Shown here one piece after another: positions 55,426 through 64,000 of a DNA stretch of 64,000 nucleotides. Position 1 is the first letter of the stretch. Each line of letters begins with the position of its first letter. Where the stretch lies: positions 100,641 through 164,640 of the forward strand of contig JAVZHX010000002.1 of NCBI GenBank assembly GCA_038871515.1, given 5' to 3'. A model generated the notes under the pieces. The model was given only the letters and a program-made list of their open reading frames with translations, did not search any database and had not been told where the DNA came from. A program made the position numbers and the translations under genes. The stretch comes from Candidatus Micrarchaeia archaeon. GTDB lineage: Archaea > Micrarchaeota > Micrarchaeia > Burarchaeales > Fermentimicrarchaeaceae.

Positions 55426-55823
55426 CTCACCACTTCCACAACTCCCTCATTTCCATCTACAATAACTTTATCCCCATTCTTTATAAGCTTGAATACATTT
55501 TTTTCTGGTTTATCAACCATCGGAATTTCTGAGATTATTGCGCCAACCGCAACAATCACCTCCGCCTCCTCATTTACAATCCCTTTCGGCGCTTTTCCAT
55601 TTCTTTTCAGCTGATAGATTACATATGAGCCAACTGTTGAGCCTCTCCCTCTCGGGAAGAGGAGTATTTTTCCTGCAACAGAGCTTTTGAAAAGAGGGTG
55701 TTTTGGGTTGATAATTCTTCCTGTTTTTGGGTCAACGTCACCAAGAAAACTTATCTCCTCTGTGCTTATAAGAGCTTCCCCCTCCGCCCTTCCTTTGGAT
55801 ATCGCTCTTCCTTTTATTTTCAT
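55422..55823 (-). CDS. Phosphomevalonate dehydratase small subunit (AcnX swiveling domain, DUF126)
   Basis: ISFLGDVDP.TG, GRGSTVGSY, GAII..IP. Confidence 0.88.
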   Translation of the reverse strand: MKIKGRAISKGRAEGEALISTEEISFLGDVDPKTGRIINPKHPLFKSSVAGKILLFPRGRGSTVGSYVIYQLKRNGKAPKGIVNEEAEVIVAVGAIISEIPMVDKPEKNVFKLIKNGDKVIVDGNEGVVEVVR

Positions 55824-56539
55824 TCCCTCACCCTCTCGACTGCATCAGCAAATTCAACAACCAACTCAGCAAGCTGTATAATTTTTTTCTCATCGCTTAT
55901 CATTCCAGAGGTGTAAACTGCTGCGAGGTTGCTTCCTGCCTGCAGTGAAACCAGAAGTGGAGTTGAGAGTATCTTTCCTTGAATTGATTTAACCACTCTT
56001 TTCGCGTATTCCATATCCTTGCTTTTTACAGAATACCTTTTATCAAACTCTTTTGAAATAACCGGCTCGCCTCTTTTCAGAAAGGGAATGCCGATGGATG
56101 GAGTGATGAGTAGGGGTTCAGGCAAACCCTTCTGAAGTGGAGTTGTTGCCATCGTCTGCACATTCTCTCCCATTGAAAAGGTTGTTATGTTTATCAATCT
56201 ACCCTTATACTTTCCAACCAAGCCAGGCATCCTCACTGATTTTCCGTTTGGCTCAACAAACTCCACATTCATGGAATACTGCCATCCCATTTTATCAGCA
56301 AGCGCGCTCCATCGCTCATCCATTTTCTTTGCAACGCGCATTGAAAAAAGAATTATCAGAAGAAATATGAAGTCAATAAAAATTATCAAAGCAATCAGCA
56401 GTGGTATTGTTTTCACAAAATCTTTTGGCGAGATGATGAAGAAAACTCCTGCCATCAATAAATCTACGAACAGAACAACTGCAAGTAGCAGTTTCATATC
56501 CTTCTTTGTCTGTTCCTGATGAAGTGGTTTCATAAACAT
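55820..56539 (-). CDS. Hypothetical membrane protein (two N-terminal TMs plus a soluble domain)
   Basis: Two hydrophobic helices then W..LA..GW, FDKRYSV; overlaps both AcnX genes. Confidence 0.65.
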   Translation of the reverse strand: MFMKPLHQEQTKKDMKLLLAVVLFVDLLMAGVFFIISPKDFVKTIPLLIALIIFIDFIFLLIILFSMRVAKKMDERWSALADKMGWQYSMNVEFVEPNGKSVRMPGLVGKYKGRLINITTFSMGENVQTMATTPLQKGLPEPLLITPSIGIPFLKRGEPVISKEFDKRYSVKSKDMEYAKRVVKSIQGKILSTPLLVSLQAGSNLAAVYTSGMISDEKKIIQLAELVVEFADAVERVRE

Positions 56540-57705
56540 CACTCCAAAATTTCTTTCAAAGAGCCGAAAAGAACCTTCTGTTTGCAAAAGCCAGGGAGGT
56601 AATGAGCTGCCTTCCCTGAATTAACTGCTGTTGTGCTGAAACCCATCTCCTCAAGAGGGCAGACAACCATGCACGTGTCACAAACAATCCTTCCCCCAGC
56701 TTCCTCAATTATTTTCGTCAAACCAAGCTTATCTGCTTTATTTTTTATTTTCCTTGCAGTGCAAACCCACAGCTTTCTTTTCAACTTCTTTCCCCTCACT
56801 CTCTCAGCTATCTCCCTTATCTCATCAAGCGAGCAGTGGGGGCATCCAACTGCCATTAGCTCGGCGTCATTTGATGAATTTAAACTTTCTTTCGTTTCCT
56901 TTAACTCTTTCTCAGTGAACTCAACTTTCTCAGGTTTATCCACAACCTTCCATTCATCAGTTATATCTTTGATGAAAAACAGCGCAACTGCTCCTGAGGC
57001 AGCAAGCGCTGCGCCAAGCGACTTCACCTCATCAACAGTTACTGTTTCTATCCCCTGAAAAGCAACCACTCTCTGCTTTGCTATTCTTCCTGAGTAGATT
57101 CCAAGCGCACCAAAATCAGACATATCTTCAAGCTTTGTTTTCACATCAACAACAAGATGTGCAATTCTGTTCTCATCAAGGTGATAACCAAAGCAAGGGG
57201 TTTTTCCAATAATTGCAGCTGCTAATGCGCTCATTCCACTTTCCCTGTTCGTCCTAGCCCCAAGCGCTGAGTTTGCAAAAACAACTGCTGAGCTTTCGCT
57301 CCACGCAACATGTTCATTTTTCTTTGGGAGGATGTTTATCAAATAAGGAGTGCAGGTGCATGTTGGCTCAACCCCCATCTTCTGGTATGCGCGTATTATC
57401 CTTATCTGCTTCCTTGCAAACTCTTTGGGAATTCCCATCTCCCTCCATCCCTCAACGTCCATTCCTGCTGGGTTCAGGTAGCTTGGTATTTTAACCCTTC
57501 CATCTTTTGCAAAACTTTCAAGAAACTCCAAACCAGCATCCCCAATTGTTTTGTAACTTACACCTGAAATCTGAGCTGAGGTGACTGGAATGAGCTTTTC
57601 TGCTTTGAATATTTTGCCTATAGCAAGAAGAATTTCCATTGCTTTAGCTGCAGCAGCTCCCTGCTCCCCGTTCAGAATTCCCTCCTCCTCCCTTGTGAGG
57701 TTCAT
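56539..57705 (-). CDS. Phosphomevalonate dehydratase large subunit (aconitase X, DUF521)
   Basis: SGVSYKTIG, LNP.G.D, CTCTPY, WSESSA, RTNRE, GCPH, DTCMVV. Confidence 0.9.
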   Translation of the reverse strand: MNLTREEEGILNGEQGAAAAKAMEILLAIGKIFKAEKLIPVTSAQISGVSYKTIGDAGLEFLESFAKDGRVKIPSYLNPAGMDVEGWREMGIPKEFARKQIRIIRAYQKMGVEPTCTCTPYLINILPKKNEHVAWSESSAVVFANSALGARTNRESGMSALAAAIIGKTPCFGYHLDENRIAHLVVDVKTKLEDMSDFGALGIYSGRIAKQRVVAFQGIETVTVDEVKSLGAALAASGAVALFFIKDITDEWKVVDKPEKVEFTEKELKETKESLNSSNDAELMAVGCPHCSLDEIREIAERVRGKKLKRKLWVCTARKIKNKADKLGLTKIIEEAGGRIVCDTCMVVCPLEEMGFSTTAVNSGKAAHYLPGFCKQKVLFGSLKEILE

Positions 57706-58994
57706 CTGAGATACCTCCCAAGCTTAACTTTTGGGAATTTTGCTTTTTTAAACTCCTTCAGCTTCTTCTTAAGAGGTGCTGTTGCATCAACTCCCATCTT
57801 GCTTGTCTCTCTTGTGAATGGGTTTGCCGACGGATCAAGGGAAGAACCCTTCTCATGTTTTTTCACAACCAACCCATCCTTTGCCTGAAACCTTGTTGCA
57901 ACAGCCCATTCAACTTCAAGCGGGTTGTGAATGTCAATATCATCATCAACCACAACAACGTGCTTCAAGGAGGAGTGCCCTCTGAAAGCAGCCTCAATTG
58001 CTTTCCTTCCATCCTCTTCATTTTTCTTCTTTATTTTCACAACTGCATGCAACCAGGAGCAACCACCAAGGGTGAGGGATACATCTTTGCACTCACAAAC
58101 TTTGTTCACCTCTCGGAATATTGTTGGCTCTCTCGGCATACCCATAAGGAGCTTGTGCTCATTTCCACCTGGCAGAAGTGCATGATAGAATGCATCTTTT
58201 CTGTGAGTTATTTTCTTAATTTCAAGCACAGGCTGCTCCCTCACAACATCATACGTTTCAGTCAAATCAACAAATGGACCCTCTGGGGCAAGCTCCTTTG
58301 TGATTCTCCCCTCAAGCACGAGCTCGCTGTGCGCTGGCACCTCAACATCAACTGTTTTGCACCGCACAATTGGCAGCTTTTCCAAAGAGTTCGCAATTTT
58401 CATCTCATCAAACCCAAGCTCAACAGAGGTTGCAGCTGCCAGAAGAAAGTTAGCTGAGTTTCCTATGCAAACAGCGACGTCAAGCTCCCCTCCATTTCTT
58501 TTTATGAACTCATTCAAATGCCTTGGGAGAATTCTCATCACAAACCTCCTTCTGTCAAGTTGCATCAGCCTATGAAATGAGCAGTTTCTCCCAAGCTCCT
58601 CGTCCTTCGCGACAACAACCCCGGAAGTTATGTAGGGGCCTCCATCCCTCTCGCAGTGAGTTAGAATTGGAAGTTTGTTCAAATCAACTTCCTCCTCAAC
58701 TTCCTGGCATGGTGCTTTCTCAACAAGCACGGGTTCAGAAGGGTTGTCTATTGCATGCGCAATTCTCAAGAGAAGCTTCTCCTTCGGCACTCCAAGCGAC
58801 TCCGCGATGAGCTCGCGGGATGAGAAAACGTTTCCAATCACCATGAATTTGCTTTCCTTAACTTTTTCAAAAAGAACAGGCTTCCCATCAAGCTGCTTCA
58901 ATATTCCTGCTGCAACAAACCTCTTGCTCACGGGCTTCTTGATTAAAATAAGCTTTTTAGATAATTTGAGTTTTTTTATAAACTCCCTCAGCAT
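57702..58994 (-). CDS. UbiD-family decarboxylase, probable anhydromevalonate phosphate decarboxylase
   Basis: DGGPYITSG, SFHR, EGPF.D.T..YD, EH..LMG.P.EP, SLDPS, KMGVDAT; clustered with AcnX, ipk and fni. Confidence 0.88.
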   Translation of the reverse strand: MLREFIKKLKLSKKLILIKKPVSKRFVAAGILKQLDGKPVLFEKVKESKFMVIGNVFSSRELIAESLGVPKEKLLLRIAHAIDNPSEPVLVEKAPCQEVEEEVDLNKLPILTHCERDGGPYITSGVVVAKDEELGRNCSFHRLMQLDRRRFVMRILPRHLNEFIKRNGGELDVAVCIGNSANFLLAAATSVELGFDEMKIANSLEKLPIVRCKTVDVEVPAHSELVLEGRITKELAPEGPFVDLTETYDVVREQPVLEIKKITHRKDAFYHALLPGGNEHKLLMGMPREPTIFREVNKVCECKDVSLTLGGCSWLHAVVKIKKKNEEDGRKAIEAAFRGHSSLKHVVVVDDDIDIHNPLEVEWAVATRFQAKDGLVVKKHEKGSSLDPSANPFTRETSKMGVDATAPLKKKLKEFKKAKFPKVKLGRYLR

Positions 58995-58998
58995 ACGC

Positions 58999-59352
58999 TC
59001 ACCTCTCAGAGATCCTCAGAACTTTTCTTGTATCGTAATACAAACCTGTGTTGAAAACTCCCCAGCCAATCAGAACTGCATACGTGTTAACCTGCCCAAG
59101 CCAGAGCAGGAGAAATTTATTTATATTCAGAAGCAACCACAGGAAACTTAACGCAAATAATGGAAGGATGGTTACAAGTATTCTCTCCTTTTTGAAAATT
59201 CCTTTATGAAATTTTAATGAAAGCGCAAGGAAACACCATACGTAGATAACTACAAATATGTCAGTCAATTCAAGCGAAGCATATGAGAGAAGAAAACCAC
59301 CTGAAATGAGCAGGCAGCCCACAAGCATAAGTATCTGGCCAAAGGTTATCAT
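58999..59352 (-). CDS. Small four-TM membrane protein
   Basis: Hydrophobic ORF between ubiX and ubiD, overlapping the ubiX stop. Confidence 0.55.
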   Translation of the reverse strand: MITFGQILMLVGCLLISGGFLLSYASLELTDIFVVIYVWCFLALSLKFHKGIFKKERILVTILPLFALSFLWLLLNINKFLLLWLGQVNTYAVLIGWGVFNTGLYYDTRKVLRISER

Positions 59353-59906
59353 TTCCTCTCCCACCTCTTGTATAATTTATTTTCAACTCTCAAAGAATCA
59401 AGAATTTTGCCAACTATGAAATCAATCACGTCATCAAGCTTTCTGGGTTTGTTGTAGAAAGCAAGTGAAGGTGGCAGTATAACAACACCTAACCTTGAAA
59501 GCTTCAACATGTTTTCAATGTGTATTGAACTGAAAGGAGTTTCTCTTGGCGTAAGTATCAGCTTTCTCCCCTCCTTTATCATAACATCCGCGCTTCTCGT
59601 TATCAAGTTATCCGAGTAGCCGTGAGCAATCGCTGAAAGAGTTTTCATTGAGCAAGGGCAGATAACCATCGCATCAAAAAGCGATGAGCCAGAAGCAGGA
59701 GGTGCATCCACTTCCTCAGCTTCATAAACCTTCCCGTAGCTTTCAAGCTTCTTCATAACTTTTTTCACATCCCCAAGCTCATGCTGAATAACTCTCTTCG
59801 CATTCTCGCTAACAACTATGTGAAGCTCGTGCTTCCTCAAAACTTCACATAGACGAACTCCTATTGAAACTCCAGATGCACCTGTAAGTGCTATGAGTAT
59901 TTTCAC
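59349..59906 (-). CDS. ubiX: Flavin prenyltransferase UbiX
   Basis: ALTGASG, ASGS, PCSMKTL, R.ADV..KE.R, RETP, FY..P; GTG start at 59906. Confidence 0.93.
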   Translation of the reverse strand: MKILIALTGASGVSIGVRLCEVLRKHELHIVVSENAKRVIQHELGDVKKVMKKLESYGKVYEAEEVDAPPASGSSLFDAMVICPCSMKTLSAIAHGYSDNLITRSADVMIKEGRKLILTPRETPFSSIHIENMLKLSRLGVVILPPSLAFYNKPRKLDDVIDFIVGKILDSLRVENKLYKRWERK

Positions 59907-59958
59907 AAAGTAGTTAGGAAAAGTGAGGTATTTAAGTTTATATACGACAGAAGCAGAA

Positions 59959-60504
59959 TCAGTCAAACTTCTTTTTTTCAATCATTCTTTTAAATTGATT
60001 TAGAGTTATTTGTACTGAGTGAATTTCATCAAGCTCACGCGCAGTTTGTGAGATTTTATCAAAAGTATCAACAAGCTTTTCAAACTCCCCAACCTCCTTT
60101 CTCATCCTTGCAACTCTGTTTTTAACAAACTCCTCCGGGTTTAACTCGGTTAAAACTACTCCGGAAAGTTTCATGTATTCCCGCAACTGCTCCCCCTTAA
60201 GCTCCTCCAAACCTTTCACTATCTTCTTATCAACCTCAATAAGTAAACTTGCTCTTTCTTTGAAAACCCTGCTCAGCTCATCTCTTTCCCTCGCAGTAAA
60301 GTCACTCTGAACAAGTTTTTTCAGAAGTGCAATTGTCCCAACATTGAAAACAGCCCTCTCGCACTCCATATTCACAATTCTCGCAGGAAGCTCCTCCTTC
60401 TCGTACTTTGAAATTCTCTCCCTCATCTCCTCTATTGCTTTTCTGTTATTTTTTATAAGTTGAGAAGCTTCGGTTTCAGTTTTATGCATATGTATTTTTT
60501 GCAT
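59959..60504 (-). CDS. Hypothetical alpha-helical protein
   Basis: 181 aa from ATG 60504; the upstream extension in the ORF track overlaps MEMO1. Confidence 0.6.
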   Translation of the reverse strand: MQKIHMHKTETEASQLIKNNRKAIEEMRERISKYEKEELPARIVNMECERAVFNVGTIALLKKLVQSDFTARERDELSRVFKERASLLIEVDKKIVKGLEELKGEQLREYMKLSGVVLTELNPEEFVKNRVARMRKEVGEFEKLVDTFDKISQTARELDEIHSVQITLNQFKRMIEKKKFD

Positions 60505-60518
60505 TTCTTTCTTTATAA

Positions 60519-61349
60519 TTATTCGGGAAAAGCAACAGAGCAGTACGCAACAACTTCTCCGTAATCCTTTGTCACATCTCCGGAGTTTGCATACTTCAAA
60601 ACTTTTGCTTCCTTCCCCCCATTCAGCTTTGAGTAGATTATCGTTGCCATTATCGGAGCGTAACCACATATGGATATGTTGTTCATCCTCACCTCATTCA
60701 AAAACAATCTAGCATCAAGCTTCTCAATTGCTCTTATTGCAAGCTCATCCTTTTCTTTTGCGCTCTGCGCATCCTCAAAGTGAGTGAAATCTGAACTTGC
60801 GATTACCAAAACTTCTCTCTTTGCAGCTTGCGATGCTTTTATAATTGCCCTTGCGATATCATCTGCAACTTCATAATCGCCCAAACCAATGCAGATTGGA
60901 ACTGCTTTCACTTTTTTGTATAAAAACTGCAGGAAGGGAAGTTGAACCTCTGCTGAGTGCTCTCCATCATGCGCAACCTCATCAAAATCAACTACTCTGG
61001 AGTTTTTCTGAATTAACTTTCCAAGTTCAACATCATTCTCAACAACTCCAAGAGGAGTTTCCCAATCCTCTGTGGAAAGTGCAACCCCGCTTCCCCTTCC
61101 AGTGTGATTTGGGCAGAGTATGATGAAAGTTGGTGGTTTTGAGAAGTTTTCTGCGATTTCGCTGTAAGCGTAGGAAGCAACCCAGCCAGAATATACATAG
61201 CCGGCATGAGGTGATATGACTGCAAGTAGATTTTTCTTATCACCGAATTTTGGAAGTCCTGCTCCTCTCTTGAAACACTCCTCAACCTCCTTTCTTAATC
61301 TCTCTTCTCCTGCTGGGTAGAAAGAACCTGCAACCGAAGGATAACGCAT
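60519..61349 (-). CDS. MEMO1-family protein (AmmeMemoRadiSam protein B)
   Basis: R.P.VAGSFYP, PHAGYVYSG, PNHTG, EHS.EVQLPFLQ, SSDFTH, SICG. Confidence 0.92.
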   Translation of the reverse strand: MRYPSVAGSFYPAGEERLRKEVEECFKRGAGLPKFGDKKNLLAVISPHAGYVYSGWVASYAYSEIAENFSKPPTFIILCPNHTGRGSGVALSTEDWETPLGVVENDVELGKLIQKNSRVVDFDEVAHDGEHSAEVQLPFLQFLYKKVKAVPICIGLGDYEVADDIARAIIKASQAAKREVLVIASSDFTHFEDAQSAKEKDELAIRAIEKLDARLFLNEVRMNNISICGYAPIMATIIYSKLNGGKEAKVLKYANSGDVTKDYGEVVAYCSVAFPE

Positions 61350-61384
61350 TTTACCACCATTAATTATACTGAGCACTTATAAAT

Positions 61385-61834
61385 TCATTCACGAGGCTTG
61401 AACTGAGTTATTCTTTCAAAATCATCTTTCAATGGTTTCTGCTTGAGCAACTTCTTCATAGCTCTGCTTTGCTCATCAAGATCAAATGCAAAATTTATAA
61501 ACCAGCCCCCTCCATCATCAGATACTTTATCAGTTATCACGATTGACTTCTTCTCCTCAAGGAACGCGGAGTAAGAAGTTTTGGGAGTTTGAATTTCCTT
61601 AACCCTTAATGTTTTTGGGTTGAAGATAAGTTCAACTTTTCCCTCGTAATGAAGGGAATTGTCCTTATCTTTAATTTCATTTGAGAATTTCTTCACAACC
61701 CTTATCTCATTCGGCGTTATGTGTATCTCGTGGATGGATGGGTTTCCTTCCCTTGCTTTGTACACTCCCGGAGCTTCCCTGAAAAGCACCCCTCCATTAA
61801 CCCTTGCTCCCTCCTCCTTCATTTTGAGATGCAT
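61385..61834 (-). CDS. Hypothetical protein
   Basis: 149-aa beta-rich ORF; no recognised family. Confidence 0.6.
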   Translation of the reverse strand: MHLKMKEEGARVNGGVLFREAPGVYKAREGNPSIHEIHITPNEIRVVKKFSNEIKDKDNSLHYEGKVELIFNPKTLRVKEIQTPKTSYSAFLEEKKSIVITDKVSDDGGGWFINFAFDLDEQSRAMKKLLKQKPLKDDFERITQFKPRE

Positions 61835-61908
61835 AAGAGATTTATGTTGAAGGAGGTAAAAATAGTTATGGTTAAAAAGTTAAACCTCCACAATTTATTG
61901 GTGGTGAA

Positions 61909-62295
61909 ATGCAGAAAGAGATGGAACTGAACCTTGGGAGAACAGAGCCGTACGTGCTGCAGAAAATTCCAAAGGAAGTTCAAGGGAGGGTTCAGCATAT
62001 AGAGAAAGTTGGGGAGATGCTGCTTGAGGAGCCGTTGAAAACGATAAGGGTTAAGGGGTATGCGGTGCTGTTCAATTTGGAGGATGGGAGAGGGGCTGCC
62101 TCGCTTGTGATAATTGATGGGCTTGGGAGAAGGTTTCTTGGAAAGACACCCGTTCTGGAGGGATGCAACCCTGCGGAGGGGGTAAGGTTCTGCAGGGAGG
62201 AGTGGGAGAAGCTTCAGAAAAATCCAGAGAAGTTAAACACTGATTCAAGGTTTTGGGAAAGGGTGGGAAGCGGCTGGCCGGTGATAACGCGCTAG
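61909..62295 (+). CDS. Hypothetical protein
   Basis: 128-aa ORF with GGTGA RBS. Confidence 0.6.
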   Translation: MQKEMELNLGRTEPYVLQKIPKEVQGRVQHIEKVGEMLLEEPLKTIRVKGYAVLFNLEDGRGAASLVIIDGLGRRFLGKTPVLEGCNPAEGVRFCREEWEKLQKNPEKLNTDSRFWERVGSGWPVITR

Positions 62296-62324
62296 TATTT
62301 ATTTACTCCCTCCCTTATTCTTTT

Positions 62325-62867
62325 ATGCGAGTTGTATTGACAGGAGTGCCAGGAACGGGTAAAACTGCAATTGCTTCTGCTTTATCCAAAAAAGGTTTTG
62401 AGGTTATCTCGCTTAATGAAGTTGTTGAAAAAAAGAAGCTTTGGAGAGAGGTTGATGAGTTTGGAAGCAGAATTGTGAATTTAAAGAAGCTTGAGAGAGA
62501 GACAAACAAAATTTTGAAGGGAAAAAAGAAATGTGTTGTTGAGGGGCATCTTGCATGCGAGATAAAGCTGAACTGCGATGTTGCGGTTGTGTGCAGGACA
62601 AAACCATCGTTGCTTGAAAAAAGATTGAGAGAGCGCGGTTACCCCGAAAGGAAGGTGAATGAAAACCTGATGTGCGAGCTGCTTGATTACTGCACTGTTC
62701 TAAGCTTAAAAAATTATAGGAGAGTTTATGAGATAAGAAGTGAGGGAAGGGTGGGGAAAAGTGTTAGAAAGATTATGAGGATAATTGAGGGAAAAGGCGA
62801 GAGGTTCAGAGCTGGTTGGGTGAGGTGGAGGAGGGAATTGGAGAGAGCTGCAACGAAGACAAAGTAG
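62325..62867 (+). CDS. Adenylate kinase, AK6/Fap7 type
   Basis: LTGVPGTGKT, VEGH, RL.ERGY...KV.EN...E; start placed at ATG 62325. Confidence 0.88.
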   Translation: MRVVLTGVPGTGKTAIASALSKKGFEVISLNEVVEKKKLWREVDEFGSRIVNLKKLERETNKILKGKKKCVVEGHLACEIKLNCDVAVVCRTKPSLLEKRLRERGYPERKVNENLMCELLDYCTVLSLKNYRRVYEIRSEGRVGKSVRKIMRIIEGKGERFRAGWVRWRRELERAATKTK

Positions 62868-62902
62868 TGGGTTTAAAAAGTAAAAAATGCATAATTTAGT
62901 GG

Positions 62903-63835
62903 GTGATGCTTATGGCCGGAGCAGTTGTAGAGGCTAGACCAAGCCTTATTGGGTCAACAATCTGCGGAGAGAAAATTGAGCCACGTGAGAGGATAAAGGA
63001 GGATGGGAGCAGGGAAACCGTAAGCCCGATTTTCATGACGGGTAAGGAACTTGTTGTGAAAACAACCTTTTTCACAGCGGTGTTCTCTCTGGATGGCAAA
63101 AGAAGTCTGGAGGGACCAGCTATAATGAAGGATAAATTTTCTGCCCAGTCAACATTTGCCCTGTTTAAAGCTGGTGATGAGTTGGGAGTGAAAATCACCT
63201 CAGAGAAGCCCAGAAAAGAGAGGTTGTTTGTTGAGGTGGATGGCAACAACGTGAATTACCGGCTTGGAGGACACCCTAACGTTATATTCACCAACAACGG
63301 TGAAAAAGGCAGACTCGGTGATCCGTACATCAAGATAATCCCTACTCTCATTCCGAAACTTGGCGGGGAGCTGGGAGATGAAATAAGGAAGGAGCATAAA
63401 AACGCAAGCGAAATGTACTTGGCAGTGGCGAAGAAGCTTCAGGAGAAAAACCCTGATAAGGGGTATGCTGAAGGTTCTGGTGCGGATGTGGGAATGAACT
63501 TTATGAAAGAAAAAATTTTTGTGAAGATGGATGCGAATGGAAGAATAAGTGAGTTTGGGAGAGTAGATCAGAAGGATAGATTTTCTTTCTATATAACGGA
63601 TAATGGTGGTGTCGGTGTTATGATAAAGCCACAGGATATCAAGAACCTCACTAGAGAGCTTGGGGATACGGAAACAGGAGTTGGGGTAGGGATGGCGTAT
63701 GGTAACATTCCGTATTATTTGCCGAAGGTGCAGTACTTCATAACTGAACTTGAAAGGTTGAGCGGGCACAGAGAGGTAGTTGAATTCATCGAAAGCGGAG
63801 GTAAACCTCCATTCCCAAAACAGACTCTCGCATAG
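62903..63835 (+). CDS. Hypothetical protein
   Basis: 310-aa ORF with own TATA box and RBS; no recognised family. Confidence 0.65.
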   Translation: MMLMAGAVVEARPSLIGSTICGEKIEPRERIKEDGSRETVSPIFMTGKELVVKTTFFTAVFSLDGKRSLEGPAIMKDKFSAQSTFALFKAGDELGVKITSEKPRKERLFVEVDGNNVNYRLGGHPNVIFTNNGEKGRLGDPYIKIIPTLIPKLGGELGDEIRKEHKNASEMYLAVAKKLQEKNPDKGYAEGSGADVGMNFMKEKIFVKMDANGRISEFGRVDQKDRFSFYITDNGGVGVMIKPQDIKNLTRELGDTETGVGVGMAYGNIPYYLPKVQYFITELERLSGHREVVEFIESGGKPPFPKQTLA

Positions 63836-63959
63836 TTCAAATGAACTTTTATCGGTAAAGCACACGATAATCTAGCTTGAGCAACTTTCTTATAAATCCG
63901 AAAGGTATATAAACTTTTATCAGTTAATCAAATGCAATTAACCTCACGAGGTGATTTTC

Positions 63960-64000
63960 TTGGACGAGGAGGAAGAAGAGGAGGAAGAGGAGGAGTGGGA
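63960..64000 (+). CDS. Start of a protein with a poly-Glu N-terminus (truncated by the window end)
   Basis: GAGGTGA RBS then TTG GAC GAG GAG GAA...; TATA box near 63906. Confidence 0.5.
   Translation, partial: MDEEEEEEEEEEW

Noticed and set aside
1..64000. CRISPR arrays, rRNA, transposases or stop-codon reassignment
   Set aside because: No regularly spaced repeats, rRNA-like tracts or transposase motifs seen by eye; conserved genes are full length under the standard code with TAA, TAG and TGA all used as stops.

Overview
Gene-dense archaeal chromosome segment with GAGGTGA-type ribosome binding sites and TTTA(T/A)A TATA boxes. Gene content and protein style (KGQ/E+5 pilin, S-layer type, many lineage-specific orphans) suggest a DPANN archaeon, most plausibly Micrarchaeota; this is an inference, not a phylogeny. 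From left to right it contains: the conserved exosome/proteasome/RNase P superoperon; a ubiquitin-like sulfur carrier with a tRNA thiolase; a BsaWI-like type II restriction-modification pair; rpl10e; PEP synthase with a 414-aa LAGLIDADG intein; dph2; a pilin; pyrH; translin; a methanogen-type SerRS; aRF1; a surface locus (GT-C-like protein, two paralogous membrane proteins, S-layer gene with a structured leader, polytopic membrane double-AAA ATPase); an alpha-glucan cluster; tRNA-Tyr (intron) and tRNA-Asp; a HerA-like ATPase; gltX; mvk; trpY/trpB2 plus a ParB-fold kinase; a DUF4430/ECF S-component uptake pair; and a clustered lower archaeal mevalonate pathway. The best candidate for an undescribed system is a TrpY-regulated two-gene unit, trpB2 plus a minimal SerK-like free serine kinase, with TRP-box-like operators. 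It would make tryptophan from scavenged indole and serine via O-phosphoserine. Other highlights are a putative Ser-Ser leader peptide with alternative RNA stems before serS, a pseudoknot or switch in the S-layer 5' leader, and a motif shared by the pilin and S-layer promoters. All functional calls come from motif recognition by eye; no database searches were run.
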